DNA from: an uncultured Acidobacteriota bacterium
GTDB lineage: Bacteria > Acidobacteriota > Thermoanaerobaculia > Multivoradales > JAHEKO01
Assembly (NCBI GenBank): GCA_963713825.1
Contig: CAVQNG010000014.1
Coordinates: 64,001 to 128,000, forward strand
Reading direction: 5' to 3'
Length of the DNA stretch: 64,000 bases
Under the pieces are notes generated by a model, which did no database searches, was not told where the DNA came from, and saw only the letters and a program-made list of their open reading frames with translations. This document shows, piece after piece, positions 58,991-64,000 of the stretch. A program made the translations under genes and the position numbers. Each line of letters begins with the position of its first letter. The stretch's first letter is position 1.

Positions 58991-61969
58991 ATGGTGCTGT
59001 CGATGACAGAGGTGATCGAGGGGCTCCGATCCGATCGGCGCCTGGCGCCTCAGTGGGTGGAGACCCTCTATCTGGAGGCTGCGGAGCCGCGGTACGGAGC
59101 CTTGAGTCCCCCTCTCCCGGATCCCATCGCTCGGGCCCTGGCAGGCCAGGGAATTGAGCAATTGTGGACCCATCAGGTGGAAGGTCTCGAAGCGGTGAGG
59201 GGCGGCGAGAACGTGCTGATCACGACGCCGACTGCTTCAGGGAAGTCGATGGTGTTTCACCTACCGGTGCTCGAGGAAGCAGCCAGGGGAGGACCGGGGC
59301 GGGCCCTGTTTCTCTATCCACTCAAGGCACTGGGGCAGGACCAGAAGGGGAAGTTCAATGACCTGGCGGCTGCCAGCGGGCTCGACAGTGTCGCCAGGTG
59401 CGAGATCTATGACGGCGACACTCCAAGAAGCCAGCGACAGAAGATCAAGCAGGACTTCCCCCGCGTTCTCATATCGAACCCCGACATGCTGCACCTGGGA
59501 ATCCTGAGTTACTGGCAGCAGTGGGAGGGGTTTCTGAAAGACCTTCGATGGGTCGTCATCGATGAGTTGCACACCTATCGGGGAATCTTCGGCAGTCACT
59601 TTCACCATGTCATCCAGAGATTGCGCCGGATCTGTCGGTCACTGGGGGCCGAGCCGATCTTCGTGTCCTCCTCGGCCACGGCCGCCAATGCCGACGAATT
59701 TGGACGGGACCTTGCGGATCTGGAGTTTCGATGGCTCTCGGAGTCGGGTGCACCTCGCGAAGGGCGGCACTTCCTCCTGTTGCAGCCAGAGTCGAGCCCC
59801 TACACAACGACGCTGCAGCTATTTGCGGCCCTGCAACGGGCCGGTCTCAAGACCATCGTTTTCACCAAGGCGCGACGGATTACCGAGCTGCTGTATTCGT
59901 GGCTGCGCCGGCAGGAGCCGGAGCTGGCCCAGCGAGTGGCGAGCTATCGATCTGGTTTCCTCGCCGAGGAGCGGCGGCAAATCGAAGCCGACCTCTTCGA
60001 AGGCCGCCTCGACGGCGTGATCTCGACCTCGGCTCTGGAAATGGGCATCGATGTGGGTGGGCTCGATGCCTGCATCCTGGTCGGCTACCCAGGCAGCGTC
60101 ATGGCTACGTGGCAACGCTCGGGGAGGGTCGGCCGTGCGGGCCGAGAGTCCATTACGGCCCTGGTTGCCATGCCGGACGCTCTGGATCAGTACTTCGTCG
60201 AGAATCCGCAGGAGCTCGTCGGTCGGCCCTGCGAACGGTTGATCGTGGATCCCGATAACGAGCTCGTCGGCCGCGGACACCTGGTCTGCGCTGCTGCGGA
60301 GATGCCGTTGAGTCGGAAGAACGACGCCGCCTACCTCGAACGCCGCGCGCCTCTCGTGGGCGAGCTCCTGGCCGCCCGCGATCTGATCGAGGCCGCTGAC
60401 GGTAGTGAGCTCTACACGCGTCGCCGCAGGCCTCAACGGCAGGTCAGCTTGAGGGGGGTGGATCGAGGCTCGGCAATCCTGGACATGAAGACCGAGAAGG
60501 TGATCGGTACCGTGGATGGAATTCGGGCCCTGCGCGAGTGCCATCCCGGGGCGATCTACCTGCATGCGGGACGGCAGTACCTGGTGAGGAAGCTGGACCT
60601 CGAGGCAGGCAGGGTACATGCGGAGCCCACGAGGGTCGACTACTTCACGGTTCCGCTGACGGAGAAGGATACTCGCATCCTGGAGATTCTGGACTCCAGC
60701 CACGACGGCGGATTGCAGGTTTGGCTGGGGCGTCTGAGGGTGACAGAGAGGATTGTCGGATACGAACGCAAGCGGATTCAGAGCCGTGAGGTCCTCGACC
60801 GGCACGAATTGGACCTGCCTCCGGTGCAGTTCGAGACGGTTGGCTTTTGGTGGGCGGTACCCAGGGCTTTGGAGGCGGAGCTCAAAGAGGCCGGACGGCA
60901 CTTCATGGGCGCCTTGCACGCTGCTGAGCATGCCGCGATCTCGCTGATGCCATTGACCGTCGTTTGTGATCGTGGAGACATCGGCGGAATCTCGATCCCT
61001 CTGCACAACCAAGTGAGAGCCGGCTCGGTCTTCATCTACGATGGCCACGCTGGTGGAGTGGGGATCTCGGCCCGGGCCTTCGAGGAGATTCGATTGCTGC
61101 TCAGTCGGGTAGTGGGTCTCCTGGAGGGATGCGATTGCAGGGAGGGATGCCCGTCGTGCGTTCAGTCGCCGAAGTGCGGCAACGGCAATCGACCTCTCGA
61201 CAAGGTGGGTGCCCTGACCATGCTGACGCGGCTCCTGGAGACGAAGCATGGAGAAGCGGTAGGGCAAGCTGTGGAGATCGATTTGCAGCCGGATCCCCAG
61301 CCAGACAGGGAAGAGGAGACCACCAAAAGAGGTGGCGAGGCTGTCGAGTCTACGGCCTTGCCGGCCGCAGCTCCCGAGACGCTGCCCAAGGTGAAGGCAA
61401 GTCGGAGGGCACGCCAACCTCGAACTGGGGCAGGAGGCGGGACGGTTCTATTCGACTTGGAGACGCAACTGTCGGCGGCTGATGTCGGCGGTTGGCAGAA
61501 CGCCCACAAGATGTTGGTTTCAATCGGGGTGGTCTGCCATCTGGAAGAGGGCCGGATGGAGAGCTACGGAGAGGCCGAGATCGGTTCCCTCATCGAGTGT
61601 TTGCAGGGTGCGGACCTGGTGGTTGGCTTCAACATCGCGCGATTCGACTACAAGGTATTGTCCGGCTACACCGGTGTCGACTATCGGCGCACGCTGCCGA
61701 CTCTCGATCTGCTCCAGGAGATTCACAAGAAGCTGGGGTTTCGGCTCAGCCTGGATCACCTGGCCAACGCAACGCTGGGAGTGAGCAAGTCCGCAGACGG
61801 GCTGCAGAGCCTGGAGTGGGTCAAGCAGGGCCGACTCGACCTGGTCGAGGAGTACTGCCGGCACGACGTGGAGATCTTGCGAAACCTCTACCTGTACGGT
61901 CGTCGTATGGGCCACGTGTTGTACGTCGACCGCGACGATCGCAAGGTCAAACTACCGATGGACTGGTAG
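58991..61969 (+). CDS. DEAD/DEAH helicase with DUF1998 (YprA/MrfA/Hrq1-like) fused to an RNase H-like exonuclease domain
   Basis: PTASGKS, DELH, SAT, QRSGRVGR, CDCREGCPSC; C-terminal FDLETQ, GFNIARFD, YCRHDV. Confidence 0.92.
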   Translation: MVLSMTEVIEGLRSDRRLAPQWVETLYLEAAEPRYGALSPPLPDPIARALAGQGIEQLWTHQVEGLEAVRGGENVLITTPTASGKSMVFHLPVLEEAARGGPGRALFLYPLKALGQDQKGKFNDLAAASGLDSVARCEIYDGDTPRSQRQKIKQDFPRVLISNPDMLHLGILSYWQQWEGFLKDLRWVVIDELHTYRGIFGSHFHHVIQRLRRICRSLGAEPIFVSSSATAANADEFGRDLADLEFRWLSESGAPREGRHFLLLQPESSPYTTTLQLFAALQRAGLKTIVFTKARRITELLYSWLRRQEPELAQRVASYRSGFLAEERRQIEADLFEGRLDGVISTSALEMGIDVGGLDACILVGYPGSVMATWQRSGRVGRAGRESITALVAMPDALDQYFVENPQELVGRPCERLIVDPDNELVGRGHLVCAAAEMPLSRKNDAAYLERRAPLVGELLAARDLIEAADGSELYTRRRRPQRQVSLRGVDRGSAILDMKTEKVIGTVDGIRALRECHPGAIYLHAGRQYLVRKLDLEAGRVHAEPTRVDYFTVPLTEKDTRILEILDSSHDGGLQVWLGRLRVTERIVGYERKRIQSREVLDRHELDLPPVQFETVGFWWAVPRALEAELKEAGRHFMGALHAAEHAAISLMPLTVVCDRGDIGGISIPLHNQVRAGSVFIYDGHAGGVGISARAFEEIRLLLSRVVGLLEGCDCREGCPSCVQSPKCGNGNRPLDKVGALTMLTRLLETKHGEAVGQAVEIDLQPDPQPDREEETTKRGGEAVESTALPAAAPETLPKVKASRRARQPRTGAGGGTVLFDLETQLSAADVGGWQNAHKMLVSIGVVCHLEEGRMESYGEAEIGSLIECLQGADLVVGFNIARFDYKVLSGYTGVDYRRTLPTLDLLQEIHKKLGFRLSLDHLANATLGVSKSADGLQSLEWVKQGRLDLVEEYCRHDVEILRNLYLYGRRMGHVLYVDRDDRKVKLPMDW

Positions 61970-61977
61970 GTACCAGT

Positions 61978-63207
61978 TCAGGTGGTCGCCTGCAGCTCTC
62001 GATCGCCGGTCAGAACTCCGATCACCTTCTCGATCGCCCAGTCCAACTCTTCACGGTTGATCACCAGCGGCGGCGCGATCCGAATGACGTGCTCGTGCGT
62101 TTCCTTGCAGAGCATGCCGGCTTGCTGCAGTGCCTCGCAGAAGCGCCGGGCACCACCGGCCTCGGGGTGGAGCTCGATGCCGATCCACAGGCCCCTACCT
62201 CGGATCTCCTTGATGAGCTCCGACTCGACGGCCGTCAGTCGCTCCAGCAGGTACTGGCCCTGGGTAGCCGAGTTCTCGACCAGGCCCTCGTCGACCAGAA
62301 CATCGAGCGCCGCTCGTCCGACCGCGGCTGCCACAGGGTTGCCGCCGTAGGTGGAGCCGTGATCGCCGGGCTGAAAGACATCCATGACCTCGTCGTCGGC
62401 CAGCATCACCGAAACCGGGTAGAGACCGCCCGAGAGGGCCTTGCCCAGGATCAGGACGTCGGGCCTGATGTTCTCGTATTCGTAGGCGAACATCTTGCCA
62501 GTGCGGCCGAGGCCTGACTGGATTTCGTCCGCCATCAGCAGAGCCCGGTGCTCCTTGCACAGGCTGGCGATTTCGGCAAGGTAACCATCAGGTGGAATGA
62601 TGATGCCGCCCTCACCCTGGATGGGCTCGATCAGGATCGCCGCCACGTTCGGGTTCATGGCGTCTCTGACGGCTTCGATCTCGCCATACGGCAGCAAGGT
62701 GAAACCAGCCGCGAAGGGGCCGAAGCCGGAGCGGTACTGCTCTTCGGAGGAGAAGCCGACGATGGTTGTCGTCCGGCCGTGGAAGTTCTGGCTGAAGACC
62801 AGGATCTCTGCCTGGTTGTAGGGCACACCCTTGACGGTGTAAGCCCACTTCCGCGCCGCCTTGATCGCCGTTTCAACGGCTTCGGCACCGGTGTTCATCG
62901 GCAAGGTCCTGGAGAATCCGGTGAGCTCGCTCAATTGCTGGTAGAAGAGGCCCAGCTGATCGTTGCGAAAGGCCCGTGAGGTCAAAGCCATCTTCGAGCT
63001 CTGATCGATCAATGCCTGGACGATTCTGGGATGGCAGTGGCCCTGATTGACTGCCGAGTAAGCGGCCAGGCAATCCATGTACTTGCGGCCCTCGACGTCC
63101 CAGACCCAGACTCCCTCGCCTTTGGTGATGACGACGTCGAGTGGATGGTAGTTGTGCGCTCCGTAGCGATCTTCGAGCTCAACGTATTCGGCGGTAGTTG
63201 TCGGCAT
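61978..63207 (-). CDS. rocD: Ornithine--oxo-acid aminotransferase
   Basis: GAHNYHPL, YSAVNQGHCHP, EPIQGEGG, DEIQSGLGRTG, LGKALSGG, HGSTYGGNP. Confidence 0.95.
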   Translation of the reverse strand: MPTTTAEYVELEDRYGAHNYHPLDVVITKGEGVWVWDVEGRKYMDCLAAYSAVNQGHCHPRIVQALIDQSSKMALTSRAFRNDQLGLFYQQLSELTGFSRTLPMNTGAEAVETAIKAARKWAYTVKGVPYNQAEILVFSQNFHGRTTTIVGFSSEEQYRSGFGPFAAGFTLLPYGEIEAVRDAMNPNVAAILIEPIQGEGGIIIPPDGYLAEIASLCKEHRALLMADEIQSGLGRTGKMFAYEYENIRPDVLILGKALSGGLYPVSVMLADDEVMDVFQPGDHGSTYGGNPVAAAVGRAALDVLVDEGLVENSATQGQYLLERLTAVESELIKEIRGRGLWIGIELHPEAGGARRFCEALQQAGMLCKETHEHVIRIAPPLVINREELDWAIEKVIGVLTGDRELQATT

Positions 63208-63434
63208 GGATCTGTCCTCGTGCCCAGTGGGTCGATCGGTTGATTTTCGGGTGTCCCGGGAACCGCTGTTCGAGGCCCCCAGAGTCGTCAAGTTGTACCA
63301 CAAAAAGGGGCTTTGAGCGAGTCTCCTCTAGCCTCACCTGGCAGGTTGGCACTGGACTGAAGGGCTCGGTGAGGCTAGGGTCTGAGCGCCGAAGGCGAAA
63401 CAACTGGGCTGCCTGGCAACAGCGCTCCTGGGTC

Positions 63435-64000
63435 ATGCCAAAATCCGCCTCCATCGGCCGTCTCGAAGTCTTGATCACGGCCCTGCTCTTTTCGACGGGG
63501 GGCGCCGTCATCAAGGCGATATCGATGACGGGCTGGCAAGTGGCAGCGTTTCGGTCGGCAATTGCAGCGGCATTCCTCCTCTTGATGCTGCCATCGGCTC
63601 GTAGGGGCTGGACCTGGAAGACCCTGGCTGTCGGTGCTGCATATTCCGGGGCCCTGATCTCCTATGTACTGGCGAACAAGCTCACGACTGCAGCGAGCAC
63701 GATCTTCCTCTACTCGACGGCACCTCTTTACATCTTGATTCTGGGACCGCTCGTTTTGCGGGAGCCTGTTCGGAGGCGTGATCTCCTGGTCATGGCGGCC
63801 TTGGCGGCGGGGATGAGTCTCTTCTTTTTGGACGTCGATCCTGTTACCGCAAGCGCCCCTCGACCAATGGTGGGCAATCTTCTGGCAGCGCTGGGCGGGT
63901 TCTTCTGGGCTTTGGTTGTTGTGGGACTGCGATGGCTGGGCCGTGATCAAAATGCGGCTCGAAGCGGCTCGGTGGCGGCTGTAGTGGCAGGAAATCTCAT
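63435..64000 (+). CDS. EamA/DMT-family transporter, 3'-truncated by the window edge
   Basis: Manual translation MPKSASIGRLEVLITALLFSTGGAVIKA...ANKLTTAASTIFLYSTAPLYIL; absent from the ORF track because it has no stop. Confidence 0.85.
   Translation, partial: MPKSASIGRLEVLITALLFSTGGAVIKAISMTGWQVAAFRSAIAAAFLLLMLPSARRGWTWKTLAVGAAYSGALISYVLANKLTTAASTIFLYSTAPLYILILGPLVLREPVRRRDLLVMAALAAGMSLFFLDVDPVTASAPRPMVGNLLAALGGFFWALVVVGLRWLGRDQNAARSGSVAAVVAGNL

Noticed and set aside
58991-61969. DUF1998 helicase as part of a DISARM or Druantia defence system
   Set aside because: No methylase, PLD or other partner genes nearby; the neighbours are housekeeping genes.
63375-63950. 191-aa minus-strand ORF
   Set aside because: The opposite strand encodes a recognisable EamA transporter from 63435.

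Overview
GC-rich bacterial window. The C-terminal 'LFRDGFESGDTSAWS' tail and the Oar-type TonB receptor suggest Acidobacteriota, but that is inference. The left part (1-21.7 kb) holds a partial RND permease, three VapBC-type toxin-antitoxin (TA) pairs, an 8-gene accessory fatty-acid/lipid synthesis operon, a secreted beta-propeller, a putative (hydroxy)proline catabolic cluster, an SDR and a CAAX protease. The middle part (about 22-49.3 kb) is a tandem stack of island segments with no recognisable integrase, downstream of tRNA-Arg(TCG). The segments are delimited by three copies of the tRNA 3' half (21987, 38537, 47426). Cargo includes a DUF222-HNH gene with three copies of a 20-bp palindrome, two of which bracket a MazEF pair. 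It also includes an ECF sigma / kinase-STAND-WD40 / TonB receptor / secreted-protein module with a shared 28-bp promoter-like motif, an RND pump, a kinase-TPR gene between two IS relics, and an MNT-HepT mini-island with a repA relic. The right part (49.5-64 kb) is mostly housekeeping: acyl-CoA dehydrogenase, dynamin-like GTPase, DUF5916 protein, NUDIX, OsmC, isoaspartyl peptidase, a helicase-DUF1998-exonuclease fusion, rocD and a partial EamA transporter. Several single-base frameshifts are probably assembly errors. All family calls come from motif recognition by eye; no database searches were run.
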